Source of the DNA: the human T2T-CHM13v2.0 reference genome, Homo sapiens
Assembly: GCF_009914755.1 (NCBI RefSeq)
Contig: NC_060937.1
Length of the DNA: 64,000 nt
Direction: 5' to 3' (one strand)
In this document: piece after piece, positions 1 to 16,450 of the stretch
How positions within the stretch are numbered: position 1 is the stretch's first letter
Layout: every line of letters starts with the position of its first letter
Position numbers and translations under genes: made by a program
The notes under the pieces: generated by a model
Databases searched by the model: none
What the model was told of the DNA's origin: nothing
What the model saw: only the letters and a program-made list of their open reading frames with translations

Positions 1-9
1 ATTCTGCTC

Positions 10-287
10 TTCCCCTCCTACTACATATCCAATGCATCATGCTGTCCTATAAAATTTACTTCCAAAATATACCTTGAATTTTATTCTTATCACTGCCTGA
101 CTCAAAACATCACTGTCTCTCTTCTGAATTTCTACCATAGTCGGTTATCTGCTTTCCCTCAGTCCATTCTTGTCCCCAGCTATTCCATCTGCCATTTCTA
201 AACATTAAATCCTGTCATATCACTACACGGTTAAAAACTATTCAGCAGATCCTCCTTATATTAAAAACAAAACCCAAAGCTTTCCTG
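10..287 (+). mobile_element. L2 (LINE-2) fragment
   Basis: Degenerate match to the L2 motif 'aaatctgatcatgtcactccc..ttaaaaccctt..aaatccaaa' (here aaatcctgtcatatcactacacggttaaaaac...aacccaaagc). Confidence 0.5.

Positions 288-293
<6 letters not shown>

Positions 294-332
<39 letters not shown>
294..332. repeat. (TA)n microsatellite
   Basis: About 19 perfect TA units. Confidence 0.97.
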
Positions 333-337
<5 letters not shown>

Positions 338-1832
338 TATATAATATGTATAATTATATTTTTCTTTGGAAGTATTTTTTCAGTAGCAGTATTCTCATTT
401 TTAAAATTTGAGTGGGTTTGAAATATATAATTGTTTATATAACACTTTTAGGAGTCTACAGTTTATTATGCTATTGACAATATCAGTTATTTAAATATAT
501 ATATTGCTACTGAAGGAAGTATTTCCAAAGTAAAAATATAATTATTATATAAAAAAAATTAGATAAAATGTGTTGATGACTTTGTGCCTAAAATCCTTTG
601 GCCTTTCTAATATTATTATAAAACTTCCTTTTTAAATATCACTCTTTTACTCATGCAGTCTGTCTACATGAAATTGTCATGTGAATCTAAAGCTAATCAT
701 ATTCTGAGGCCTTTATATGACATGTAATATGTGAAAATACTTAATATTTATAACACTATAATGTGTACTCTATGTTTATTGCATGTAAGTGATGTGTCTA
801 TCATGTTGATCATTACTATGTAGGTAAATAATATGTATAAAAGCTTACTACATAGAGTAACTAAATGGAAAACATTTTTAAATCTCTACAGTGAAATAAA
901 GCAAGTATTTTAACTTTTAACAAAAGGATACTTTAAATTCCCAAGTGTTATCTAGAGTGAGCCTAAAGCATTTTCAGTAGATAACATGTTGAAGAAAATT
1001 TTGTATTCTATGCAAGTGCTTGTTGGTCTTTGTTCATCTAAGAGGAGGTAACGTATATTAGTGGTCGTTATCAAGTTATCGCCATCAACTAAACAATTAA
1101 ATTCAATAGTATTTTTGTTGTTAAAGATAAATTTCAGCTATACAGCATGTTATTATTTAATAGCCATACAAGAAATAGTAATCATAAGCAATATTGTTTT
1201 TCATTTTATCTATATTGTTTTTCCTAACCAACAAAATGTAAACTTTTCCTATAAAGTCATATACAAAATGGAAAAGTTCTTAAATTGTTCAAACTTTGAT
1301 ATGCACTCTGATGTTGGAATGTGAGGCGATGGTGGGCTAGTAGACACAACTCTAACACTCACATAGGCCTTAACCATTCATATTCATCAATATACTAAAT
1401 CTTGCCATCTGTCTGTTTTCTTCAGAAGCAAAATTCTCAGGGCAGAGGTGTGCCAAGACTTAATTTAGGTGCATGCTGGGAGATCATTTGATGCCATTTA
1501 CCTTCTTTTGATGTAGTGTCAGAAAGGTGGGGATTGAGGGGCAGAACGGATGGAAAGCTAATTCCTCCACACTCCCCTCTGAAAAAATTTGTTCTGTTTG
1601 GCATCCCTAAAATTTTTCTCAAATTGTTGTTCCCATGAAGTTAACATCTGCTTTAACATCTCTGGCTTTTGTTCTTATTCAAAATTCAGTTTTATTTTTC
1701 AACTTTTTACAATATATACGTATTTCAAATTCCTACATTTACCTCAAAATATATTAAGTAATATTGATAAGAATTCCTTCCACATCACCTTCCTTTCTAT
1801 GTTGATTTAGTTCCAGAAGTGCTAGAACTAGT

Positions 1833-2021
1833 GCAGTTACTACAGGTAAACAATGATGATAGTTACTTGTAGTATGCACAGTAGACATAATTGCTGCCCC
1901 CACAAACTAACTATTTTAGCTATCGGTATTTAGCATAGTTTATTCCCCTGAGGAAACACTGTACCACATTTCCAGAGGGTACCTTGGGACAATCTCAGAG
2001 GGCAAGTGATTTAAATATAAG
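1833..2021 (+). repeat. Local direct duplication, copy 1 (~190 bp)
   Basis: Hand alignment to 3057-3246 gives about 24 differences over 190 bp (~87%). Confidence 0.92.
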
Positions 2022-2434
2022 CAAATTATATACAATTGATAAATAATTATCTCTATAAGAAATGAATGTACGACTCTTCACATCTCTATATTTCAAGATC
2101 CTCTGAAATTTCTTACTTCAAACTTTCTTCTCATGTGGAAACATACTAAGAATAACATATCACTGGAGAATTACCCATCCTCGTGTATAATTTCTATCAT
2201 TTTGCTCTGCTATTTAAGAAGTTTTGGTTGCTCCTGATTCTTGACGACATCAGATCCACACATTTTTATTTGGATTTTAAGATATTTATGGATCTTATCT
2301 CAACCTATCTGTACAACCTGCTTTTCTATTATTCTCCAATATGAATAATATGATCTTGTCTCTAAAATAATATGTTCACTATCTTTGAATGTACTTTATA
2401 AATTCTACAATGAGTTTTTATTCAAGGGTATATT

Positions 2435-2680
2435 AATTATTACAGGTTTCCATGCAGTGATAGAGACCTGAAATATACAAAATATAGATGTTTATTTCTT
2501 TTTCATGCTGGATTCATCTGGTGGCTTCATAAGTCATGGTATTTTACCACCATATCTACATTCCTGCCAGCACAAAGGGGAAAAAGAGAAGTAGGGGGCA
2601 TGCACCTTCTCTTTTTGGGCATAATCCAGCAATAACACACATCACTTGTGCTTGAATCTCATTGGCCAAAGCATAGTAAG
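2435..2680 (-). mobile_element. Old MaLR LTR fragment (MLT1-like)
   Basis: 'catcacttgtgcttgaatctcattggccaaagcatagt' and 'gatgtttatttctttttcatg' resemble reverse-oriented MLT1. Confidence 0.45.
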
Positions 2681-3056
2681 ATTATAAACATATATGTAAT
2701 TTTAAAATGAATTTCCAAACATTATTTTTCAACTTTTGGTCTCACCTGGTAGTCCACCTCTCCAAGGTTCTATAGTGCAAAGCACCCAATTAGCATTGAA
2801 TTTTCTGTCTCCACTCACTCCTCAGATTTGGGGTTCAAATTTTTCCCTCTGCTAGTTATCACCCAACCATTTATTTCTCCAGCTTTTGATATTTTGTAGG
2901 AACCTTTAAATCATTTTTTTCATTTCTCATTTTTATAATTATTAAAGGTTTAAAATCTTTTAAATCATTCTAAATTTATTTTGTGGTATTTTGTGAGGGA
3001 AAAACCACTTATAGTAATTGGATTATTAACTATATAAGAAATCAAATATTCATTGA

Positions 3057-3246
3057 GCAGTTACTAGAGGGAAACTATGTTGGCAGATACTTGTAGTATG
3101 CACAGTAGATATAATTGCTGCCCACTACAAACGAACTATTTTAGCTATTGGTATTTAGCACAGATTTTTCCCCTGAGGAAAGACTGCACTACACTTCCAG
3201 AGGGAATTTTGAGACAATCTCAGAGGTCAAGTGATTTAAATATAAG
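3057..3246 (+). repeat. Local direct duplication, copy 2
   Basis: Matches 1833-2021, e.g. tacttgtagtatgcacagtaga...gacaatctcagagg.caagtgatttaaatataag. Confidence 0.92.
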
Positions 3247-3999
3247 TAATGTATATACTGTACATTTTTATTTGCAAGTTTTGAGCATTCCAAAATAGAG
3301 AAAGAGCCTGCTATTTGGGAAAGTAAATATCTTTTTTCTTATTTTGTAGAGACATCTTAGTCAAAATAATGAAGGGACTATCAAAACATTGGCACAAAAA
3401 ATAACATAAACAGGAAAAAAACCCAAAACATCAATTGAGTGCATATGTTTTTTTCCTGTATTCCTAGATTCCTTGTCATGAGTGACTCTGAGTGGTTACT
3501 ATATTTATTTATTTATTTATCTATTTAATCTCTTTAAATAAAGGCAACAAGTGAAGAATATGAAGATGGAGGCAAAGTGTGCATATATTTATTATGCCCT
3601 CTGCTTCTCAGTAGTCATGTGAGACAATCTGGTATCACCTTTATTAAATAGGTGTTTTATTCATTTCTTAAAAAAAAAACCAAAACCTAAAACAAAAAAC
3701 TTTTCTAGATGTTACCTTTACCTTTCAAAAAAAAAGGAATACTGTAGAAACTTAAGGTCATCTTTCAAATGGAACGATTTTGTAGTCCCAGTGGAAAACA
3801 AGTCTTCCAGAGAGGCCATTTAAACAAGTAATGGGAAGGACACACTTTCAACTGCATTTCAGAATGGTATTGTTTTTGACCTCTAAGTGATTTCCTTAAG
3901 CATTTAACACTTATGAAAAGACATCAAATTGGTAGTTGATTGACAACATAAAAGGGATTAACTGTACCCTAGCCCCTTGGAGTCTGAAGTCAATCAATC

Positions 4000-4022
4000 A
4001 AAAAAAAAAAAAAAAAAAAAAA
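4000..4022 (+). repeat. Poly(A)23 tract
   Basis: Uninterrupted A run with no adjoining SINE or LINE body. Confidence 0.95.
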
Positions 4023-4914
4023 CCAGAGTGGGAGGTCATAAATGGAGAGTACTCAGAGTGATAAAAATGAGGTTCATTTTTGTCAAGTTCTGTAATGCTG
4101 TCCTGGAAACCAGCATAAATGACAACCAAGGTTTTTACTTAGGCAATCCTAAAACTTCATAAAAACTGTGGAAGTTTCTTACATGACTATTAAAAGAATT
4201 TACATCTAAAATTTTATCAGTAATATTGCTGGTATTTGCCTTATAAAATATGAATGGGTCTATGCCCTGTTTGGAGCAAAGTATGCTTGATGCTTGTACT
4301 TTTTTCTAAAGGTTGACACTATAGAAAATAACTTCGTTCAGTATAACATGTGTTACACTGTATTATGTTGGGCAATTTTTATTTAAGTGGGTTAACCTTC
4401 AGATACCCATTATGAGCAAAAATAAATAGAATGTTAAGTCTTCTGTGTTCCTGTATTTTAATAGTTTATATGTATCACTAAAATCTGGAAGTGGTGAGGC
4501 TCAAATTGCAGTTGTATATATACATTAAAGGGAAGCAGACATATAGCAAAGAAATCTTTGAAAGATAAATGTGGCTGTCTTTTGGTGTCTTGGCTAGCTT
4601 TCCTGGAAAATGCATATTTGGTCCAATGTGCCACAATTATGCCTGATGTATTCTATGGCTGGGGTTGCAAATGTTCAACAAGAGTAAGGCCAATCAAAAT
4701 TGTGGCAGTGTACTTTACCTCATCTAAATAAACAGCATTCACAGAAGCAAGTTTTCCTAAAAATAGATCTAAACAATTCACTTCTGCTTGGATTTTCATG
4801 CACCATGCTACCCTTCTGTTATTTTATATCAAATTTCTGCATATTTGTTTTTCAGTTTACCACTCCCTTCATGCCTATGAACAACCAGTAGAAGTGACCG
4901 GATTCCACAGATCT

Positions 4915-5345
4915 TGTTAAATAAAATTTATAAGAGGCCATGTTTCAGACCTCCTGGACTAGATCCCCACATACCAGACTATATTAGAATAAAGTCACTT
5001 GTGCTAGATGTTTCATAATCAAACTGAACATAAAAACTGGCCATTTGTCCAAAAAACAGGATATTTACAGCAATCAGTCTAAAGGAGCCCAGTCAACATT
5101 AGCTAGCATGGTAGTCCCTTCTGCTTTGAGTCATATGAGGAAGTAACCTGATATTAGCCAATCTGCTCTTTGCACTATGCTGTTTTCTTGTCCCTGCTTA
5201 AGCTACCTCACAAAAACTGACAATTCTGCCACACCCATTGGAATTCTTTCTATTTTGTACACTGGATGCTGTCTGGTCTGTGAATTGCCAATAAAATCCA
5301 ATTCAATGTCTAAAATTCAATTTACTAAAATATTCTTCTTTGACA
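4915..5345 (+). mobile_element. ERV1-type solo LTR (MER4-group, LTR37-like)
   Basis: Starts TGTTAAATAAAATTTATAAGAGGCC, ends TTTGACA, has AATAAA near the 3' end; near-TSD atct/atgt. Confidence 0.75.
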
Positions 5346-5701
5346 ATGTCAACATGTTTTTGTTTTCAGACATTTCTTCTGTGAATTGGAACCATAAGAA
5401 TATTATTGCCCCAATAATCTCATTTCTACACTCCATGATGAACTCAAAATCAGTAATTTGTTTTAGAAAAAATTTAATAAACAAATTTCTGCTGGTTATG
5501 AACGCATTAGTAAAATTATGATAATGTAAATGAAATAAAGCTGTCAGTGAGGTGAAGTGATATTTATTTTTTATATCTCTTCTATACACATTACTTTTAA
5601 GAATCTCAGAACCTGTTCTAATTGAAATGTAAATTAATTTCCTTCCATTTAACAGTTAAGATCTCTTCTCAATATGGCAAAAAGTAAACACTATGAAGAT
5701 T

Positions 5702-6010
<309 letters not shown>

Positions 6011-6039
6011 CAATGAAGAGTTTTAATTTCTTGAAATGG

Positions 6040-7395
6040 CAGAGTCCAAAGAGCAGTAGATTGTCTCCCCAAAAAACCAAAAATAAAACTGGACAAAATT
6101 ATCTAAAACAACCATTTTGTATTTCTAGAAATTCAACAAAAGTAAACAGGTTTTGGAATGTTTATTTAAAAAAATTCAAATAAGGATAGCTGTGGTCTAT
6201 GGATTTCTTTCCTGAGTCTCCTGAAACTCTACCCCTCCCCCACCCCCATCCCCACCCCTGCAATTCTTCAGGTGAATTTGTGAGAACAGCAATTTTTATC
6301 ACTTCAAAATTGACTGGGAAAACCAGCAACTTTTCAGTCAGAGAAGACAGGCTTGATTTCGGGCAGAGGATAGAAACCTGCTGTCATTGCCATTATAAGT
6401 AGTGAACTTGGTAGCAAATGAACAACAAAACCCCTCAGCTCAGAAAACGTATTATTTTGGTCTCAGTTGGGGCAAGCAGTAGACAATGTGAACAATGAAT
6501 AGGGAGATCGTCAATGTGAGAGAACAGTAGAAGAGGAGGGTAAGCTTCCACATATCCCTGTCACACTGGAAAACTATGCACATATGAGGGGAGACCTGAA
6601 AAAGCACAGAGAAAAATCAAAGCTGAGATAGACATGTGATATGGTTTGGTGCTATGTCCCCACCCAAATCTCACCTTGAATTCTCACGTGTTGTAGAAGG
6701 GACCCAGGGGGAGGTAATTGAATCATGGGGCAGGTCTTTCCCTTGCTGGTCTTGTGATGGTGAATAAGTCTCACGAGATCTGATGGTCTTGAAAAGAGGA
6801 GTTCCCCTGCAGAAGCTCTTTCTTCTCTTGTCTGCCACCATGTGAGACATGCCTTTCACCTTCTGCCATGATTGTGAGGCCTCCCCAGCCACATGAAACA
6901 GTAAGACTATTAAATCTCTTTCTTTTGTAAATTGCCCAGTCTTGGGTATGTCTTTATCAGCAGTGAAAGTGGACCAGTACAACATGAGAACTGGCAGAAC
7001 TCTGAATGTGTTCCCTGAACCACACAAGAGATCAGCAGAGAGTAGAGGCCTACCTGGCCTGAGGCATTTGAGTATATAGTCTGTGCAAATCAAGGGGCGA
7101 CCACTAAGTCATGCAGAAACTGTGGCAACCCTTAGGACACTAACCTTAAAATAAAAGATAGTTTTAAAAATTTTTTATTAGAAAACAAATTAAAAAATCA
7201 GCAGAATAAAACAGCAACTGTACACCATTGAGAGACAAATTTTATATTTTAAATCTAGGTGTGTTACAAAACATGAAACTTCAACTACTGAAAATCTCTA
7301 AGTGAAGGAATTAGAATTTGAAGTTGCCATAAAATATTAAAGCCTTACACTTTTTAGAAGATATCAAAAGGCATAAAAATAAAAAAGAATGTGTC
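6040..7395 (+). mobile_element. Old L1M 5' region, interrupted by a THE1 LTR
   Basis: A-rich L1M 5'UTR-like sequence that resembles parts of 56.7-58.3 kb (e.g. 'agcttccacatatccctg..actatgcacatatg'). Confidence 0.55.
6637..6981 (+). mobile_element. THE1 (THE1B-like) MaLR solo LTR
   Basis: TGATATGGTTTGG...GGACCAGTACA with a perfect 5-bp TSD ACATG. Confidence 0.93.
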
Positions 7396-8098
7396 AAAGT
7401 TACCTTTCACCATGCTTCACCTACCACCTGCAACTCGTCATAATTAACATCAGGCAAAAATCATAGTAATTATGATGCTATTGCAGTTAGACTTAGCACA
7501 ACCTCACTGACCACCAGCAAGTAAGTCTTTATTGCCATCAGATTAGTGAGCGATCCAGACCCACTCTTGTCCTGTGCTAAGTGGAGTCTCTCATTATAAG
7601 TAATAGGCAAACTTAAGAATGGAAGACACAGAATGAAAGCATAATGTGATAAAATATCAGTTTGTTCTTGTACGAAGTTCATCAGAGCCCTTACAAATGT
7701 GAAACGTGGACACTTGAGGCAGAAAGGATGCAAAAGAGATGCTTGGCACAGTTACCATTTTGAAAACAATATTATCATAAGTGTATTTAAGGTAACAACT
7801 TGAGAGATATTTTATATATTATAACACCAACTGAGTAAAAACACATATAGAATTTTATATACATTTTATACTTATTGAACACATTAATTACTTTTTTGTT
7901 TCCACCAAAATTCCACCATAATTGTGGCATCATTACCAGCACCTTTTTGTAGCCTTTTCTATCATTGAATTAGAAGCATTCTATGACTTAAAATATAATG
8001 TAAAATAATTTTTACAGACATAGCAGGGTCAATAAGATTTTGAAAACTGAGATTTGCTGAATTGCTTTCGTAAATATTTTGAAATTTAATATAGCTAA

Positions 8099-10746
<2,648 letters not shown>

Positions 10747-12289
10747 TCATGAGACTATGCAAAGAAGATATGTAGCTAGAATCATCAACATCATTCCACA
10801 AGAAAGATACCTAATCAAAGTGGAAAAGCCAAATTTTTAACTTTTATGATCAAAAAGTAGAATATAGCTGGCTATTGAATCTAGAACTCTAGGGGGCAGA
10901 ATACCTGAGGATATTGTCTACATGTAGCATGTTCCAGCTAGAGTTAAAAGAGGGCATCAATTTCTAGCAACATCCCCATGTTATCAAAATAAGGCAGAAA
11001 ATAGTTGACAGAGCTTACTAGGGTACCACTTTGTATGTATCTGGGGCCATCTCATGGAGAGTCCTTTCAACTGGAAGTGAGAAACAATGTATTGTTTTTC
11101 CTATTCAATTTAAAATGGCATGAGTCTAGTTGTTCAGAAACTGCAAACTTAAACGAGTCTTTACCATGAAACAAAACCTGAGATGAAAGGACTTAAATCT
11201 TATTAATTGCCAAAAGAGGTCATGAACTACTCACCTGTTCCCACCAATGCCAATGTAGACGGCCAGGGAAAGCTATATGCTAGCCTATTGAGAGAGAAGG
11301 ACCTTAAATTGACTCAGCTTACCCCAAAAGGTCTAAATGTAAGGCTGAAATATCTACCTCAAATCTTCTGTCATCAGGAAGAATAGAAGCTAGAGTTAGA
11401 AGTGAAAGTCTATTATAAAGAAACAAAGAAAGCCACAACTATTTCATACTTGAGTTCATATGAATGTAAAATTTATATTCGCTACATTTAGTAAAATGCC
11501 AATTATGAAAAATATGCATATTAAGATATAGGATAAATTACAATTAAAATCAAGAAGTTGTATTTATTTTCCAAAATTTCTAATGCAAATGTATTAGTTT
11601 CGTTATCAGAAAAAAAGACTTTATAAAGAACTTTCAATGTGATTTTATTATCTTTCTCTGAAATGTTAAAATGCCTGAGGAATTCGAAATGGTTATAGAC
11701 TTTGTGCTAGTTACTTTGGTGTTCCATAAAATGTCTAACATTTGAGGGCACAAATAAGTTTAACCTTACACAATATCAGAGCATAAAAGTCACGTAAAAT
11801 TTACTAAGCAAGGCCATGGAAGTCCCCATTAGCATGATGGATTTTATAATGATATAATCCTTAATGAATTATACTTCCATTTAACAAAGTTTTAATAAGC
11901 AATTTCTTGTGCCTGCATTGTTATTAATTCTCTCATCTGAATTGCCTTGGGCATGTCTGCCATAAAATTGTTCAACATAATATTTCTTTCTGTGTCAATC
12001 TTATAGTACATGCAAATCTCCCAACCATGACTAAGACAAACTTCATTTTCTTTAAAACACATACCCAGCTTACAGAAAATATTTAGGTTCAAAATTAAGA
12101 TGTGCTGAAAGAAAGCTATGACTCATGTTTAATGGAATAATAGAGCTCTAACCACAGGTGAGTTATCATGCTGAACCACACAGTCAGTTACACATCCTTA
12201 ATTACACATGTGTTGTGATTTACTTACACTGTTATCTTTTTTCTAAAGTGTTCTCTTTTTCCTTCTCTGCCCAGCTAACTTCTTGATAA

Positions 12290-13490
12290 CCCAAATGTTC
12301 ATTCCACAAATACTTTCGTGCTTATTAAGGGTATTCTTCTAGCACCTTTAGTTGCTGTCTTCATCACAGTTATTAAGAAATAAATAGCACCTGGAACCTA
12401 CAGGGCAGTTGATAAATAATTTTAAATGAATGATCAGAAATACAATAGTAATAAGAGCAATGGGTATCCGTGAAGAATTGCTTGGAGAAGTGAACTCTAC
12501 ATTGAGACCTGAGGGTTGAATAGGAATTCATCGGTGGAAAGGAGTGGGACAGACAGGAAAAAATTTCAATGAAAAAGCATGTTTGAAGGCCTAGGAAAAG
12601 AAAATAACAACAAATATATGTTCGAGAAATTAAAAGAAGATCAATGAGGCCATAACAAAGGAAGCGGGAGGAACACAGACACCAGATAAATCCAGAGATG
12701 TAGCAATGCATCAGCTCACACAAAATTAGTTGTCCGTGAAATATGTCTACTACTTTAACCTAAAAACAATGAAAAGTCATTAAAAGTGTTTAAGCAGGAA
12801 AACTTACTTGATCAAGTTTGGTTTTTCAAACAAGTTTTCTGTATTAGAAAAATAAGACTTACAGGCTAACTGTTATAGAGAATTAATAACAATGCAGGTA
12901 CAAGATATTTCTTATTAAAACTTTAGATAGAATTGAGGATCTATACAAAAGTGTTGGGAGTGGAGGAGTGAGGTAGGCAGAATCAATAGCTGTTTTAAGG
13001 AAATAAACAAGTGCTATTTTTAGCCAGGCATGGTGGCAGACATCTGTAATCCTAGCTACTTTGGAGGCTGAGGTTGGAGGATCCCTTGAGACTAGGAGTT
13101 TGAGACTATCCAAGGCAACACAGCAAGACCCTGTCCCCACAAAACCAAAAAAGCTATCTTCGCTTGGATGTTGTGAGTGAGAAGAGGGACAAATCAAACC
13201 GGTTTTGAGACAGATAAACTATTAATTCAGTTTTGAACATTCTCAGTTTGTAGGAGACATACATTGGATATGTAGAAGAGGAAAGTAGAGTTGCTAGCCT
13301 AAAGCTCTGAAGAAAAAAAAAGTGCCTGAGGTACTGATAGAAATTGGAACACATAAGCTCATCCTCAGGAGAAAGAATCTTGCCATAATGATAAAATCAA
13401 AGATGGAGCAATAAGTATAGATGGAGGAGAGGAAAGAGGAAAATTCTACCAGTCTTTCAGAACCTCTTTTGTCAATGAAAGGATAATAAG
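12290..13490 (-). mobile_element. L2 fragment(s), interrupted by a FLAM
   Basis: Reverse L2 motifs 'ttgagacctgagggttgaatagga', 'gtcattaaaagtgtttaagcagg', 'ttcagttttgaacat'. Confidence 0.6.
13022..13152 (+). mobile_element. FLAM (Alu monomer)
   Basis: Single Alu-like monomer with an A-rich tail; flanking gctat(t/c)tt. Confidence 0.88.
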
Positions 13491-13829
13491 CCTTATAGAT
13501 AGTATGAGATGTTTTTGTTTTATCCATACAGGATTCGAGTATTGTTTGTACCAATAGAGTTATGGAGAAAGATAATGTTGGGCTAACGTTGAAACTTTGA
13601 AAACTCTTTATGTAATTATTATTGAAAATCCCTATATTTATATGTTATTGTAACTTCTGCACATCATACTCAAGAGTTTTAAACTTTATATTGTTATCAT
13701 TAGCGATGAAGAAGTCAAACAAGAAAGCACTGTGCTACTAGGATCAGATATATGGATATTGAAGTTGTTTATCAAAAGATTGGACTCACACACCATTTAC
13801 AAAAGGAATCTCTACAATTCCCAAACTTA

Positions 13830-14025
13830 AATAGGTGTCTTTCCCATGGGCACCATTATTATCCTCTACTGGCTAGTACCATAGTATTAGTTACTCTTTG
13901 TTCTAATTAGCCCTTATTGATGTTGAATGCTAGAAAATACTGTGAGGCAAGGGCTTTTTTCTTTGTAAACCTAGCATCCAGCCAAATGCCTGGCACACGG
14001 TAAACACTTATTAAACTAATTAATT
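13830..14025 (+). mobile_element. L2 3' end
   Basis: 'tgtgaggcaagggc...tgcctggcacacggtaaacacttattaaa' resembles the L2 terminus. Confidence 0.6.
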
Positions 14026-14640
14026 TTAGCTTGTGATGTCTTGTATATTCTCGATACAAATAGAATCAGGTAGCCATTACCATTCATGTGTCTTAAGATA
14101 CTCATTTGTTTGTTCTCTGAAGTTTTTTCTTTTCATCTTATATTTAACTTATACCAGTATCACCATTTCCTAAACCTTTAAAGAGAAATTACTTTTCCAT
14201 GTAATCTTTAGGTTCTTTGATTTCTTAGGCCTGCACTTTTTCTCAGTTAATATAAATCATTCCAGGAAGAAACATAATATATATTAGTACAATGAGGCTA
14301 GTGAAATCAAATTTTTGTGATCAAGATGAGGTAGCATCAGAATAAAGAAGAGCAAGTAAGGGGAAGGGAAAACTCCAAGGCAGAAGGGACATCTCTCCTA
14401 ATCTTAATGGGAGAGTAAAAACACTCAATCTAACAGGATAAGGCAAACTTTTCTGCCTATTTTTCACAGGAGTTCCAATCAGAGGAAGTCCCTATGGAGG
14501 GCAGAATGTACCCAAATAACTGCGTTGGTGGTATAAAGCACTAGAGAATAATCACTTGGAAATAATTAAAATATCCAAAGTCAAAATGATCTCAACAGAA
14601 GGAAACCAGATAAACCGAATCCCTCTACCCCAGAGAAGGC

Positions 14641-14880
14641 AGTGGCAGGAGGAGAGGTTTAAAATGTAGGCTCTGTAGTTCAAACCCATCTGTGTTGAAC
14701 TGTGAGTATCACATCTACCAGACTGTGACATTAGTAAATTACTTAATCTTTCTAAACTTCACTGCTCACTTTTGTAAAATGGTATTGACAACATAAAGCA
14801 TTGTTATGAGGCATAAATAAGATGATGCATTAAAAAACACCAGGATATACTAAGCGCTCAAGAAATGTTAGCTACTGTTT
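14641..14880 (+). mobile_element. MIR
   Basis: MIR core 'ctgtgac..ttacttaatctttctaaacttc..tgtaaaatgg..gttatgagg..aaataagatgatgcat' and end 'agcgctcaagaaatgttagcta'. Confidence 0.75.
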
Positions 14881-14980
14881 GCATTATTAATATCATTACT
14901 ATCATTTACATAATGGCAGCAGAAAGTGTTGTTTTCTACCTTTTATTTCAGCCACCAAGGTGAAAATCATGACAAAATAA

Positions 14981-15484
<504 letters not shown>

Positions 15485-16259
15485 AATGCCCTTGTTAATA
15501 TGCAAAATGTCTGCACACGAGTTCAAAGCAGCCTCATTACATTAGTGGCAACTTGAAAGAGTTTTTCTGCTATAACGGCACTTGAAACTAATCATATTCC
15601 ATTTTCAGTTTATTTTATTTGTTTTTATTTCTTCATCACCAAACACTATTTTATCCTGTTTGTTTATGGCTGCTTTTCCAAATTTTTGAAGTATTTTGAA
15701 TTCTAACATGATACTGTCATCCAAGGTGTTACCCATTTCACCCAACTTGATGTAATCAACACTTTGCAAGCGTATGCTTTTTATGAAAGCTTGTTACATC
15801 AAAGAAGGAAGTGAGAAAACTGAAAAAGGTTCCTGAAGCTCAGAAAGATCTATGATTATAAAGTGTACTAAAATTCTGCAACAGTGTCTTGAAGAAATCA
15901 GTTTCTTTTAGACCACTGAAACATCAAGCACCCTTGTGGCATTGTGAGATATCTAGTTGTGTCCAAGCAAAACAGCGTATATCATCAAGAAAACACCTGC
16001 ACTCAGCTGTAAATATTTTAACAATTGGTTCAATGTAATTTTGCAACATTTAAAAGTTCACCTTTTTATACATATGTATACATATACTTTTTATATATAA
16101 ATGTATAAATATATATACTTAAGCTTTATCCTCTAAGTATCCCCAAAGCCAAAATGTTCCTCTCCTTCGTATCCTCTTCCTATCTCTCTGGATTAGTTTC
16201 ACTAGACAGAGATAAGAAAATATAATTGAAGACTATACCAACTTTAGAAAAAAAAATAC

Positions 16260-16450
16260 CTATCTTCAGATACTGGCTGTGGCACTTGTTAGCTGAGTGA
16301 CCTTTATCAAATTACTTAACTTCTTTTATCTTTAGTTTTCTTATCTGCAATGTAGGGATAGTAATACATTCTCATGGGGTTAGCAGAAAAATAATTAGTC
16401 TATTCACAGTGCCGGCATATAACAGGTAGTTAGTATATAGAAACTGTAAT
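16260..16450 (+). mobile_element. MIR
   Basis: 'agctgagtgacctttatcaaattacttaac..gttttcttatctgcaatgtagggatagtaata..cagtgccggcatata'. Confidence 0.7.

Noticed and set aside
1853-1951. C/D snoRNA-like ATGATGA...CTGA within duplication copy 1
   Set aside because: There is no terminal stem, and the C box is absent from copy 2
10750-11460. Possible old LTR or ERV-internal remnants here, and at about 24.6-25.2 kb and 51.4-51.9 kb
   Set aside because: Too diverged to assign by eye, so left unannotated
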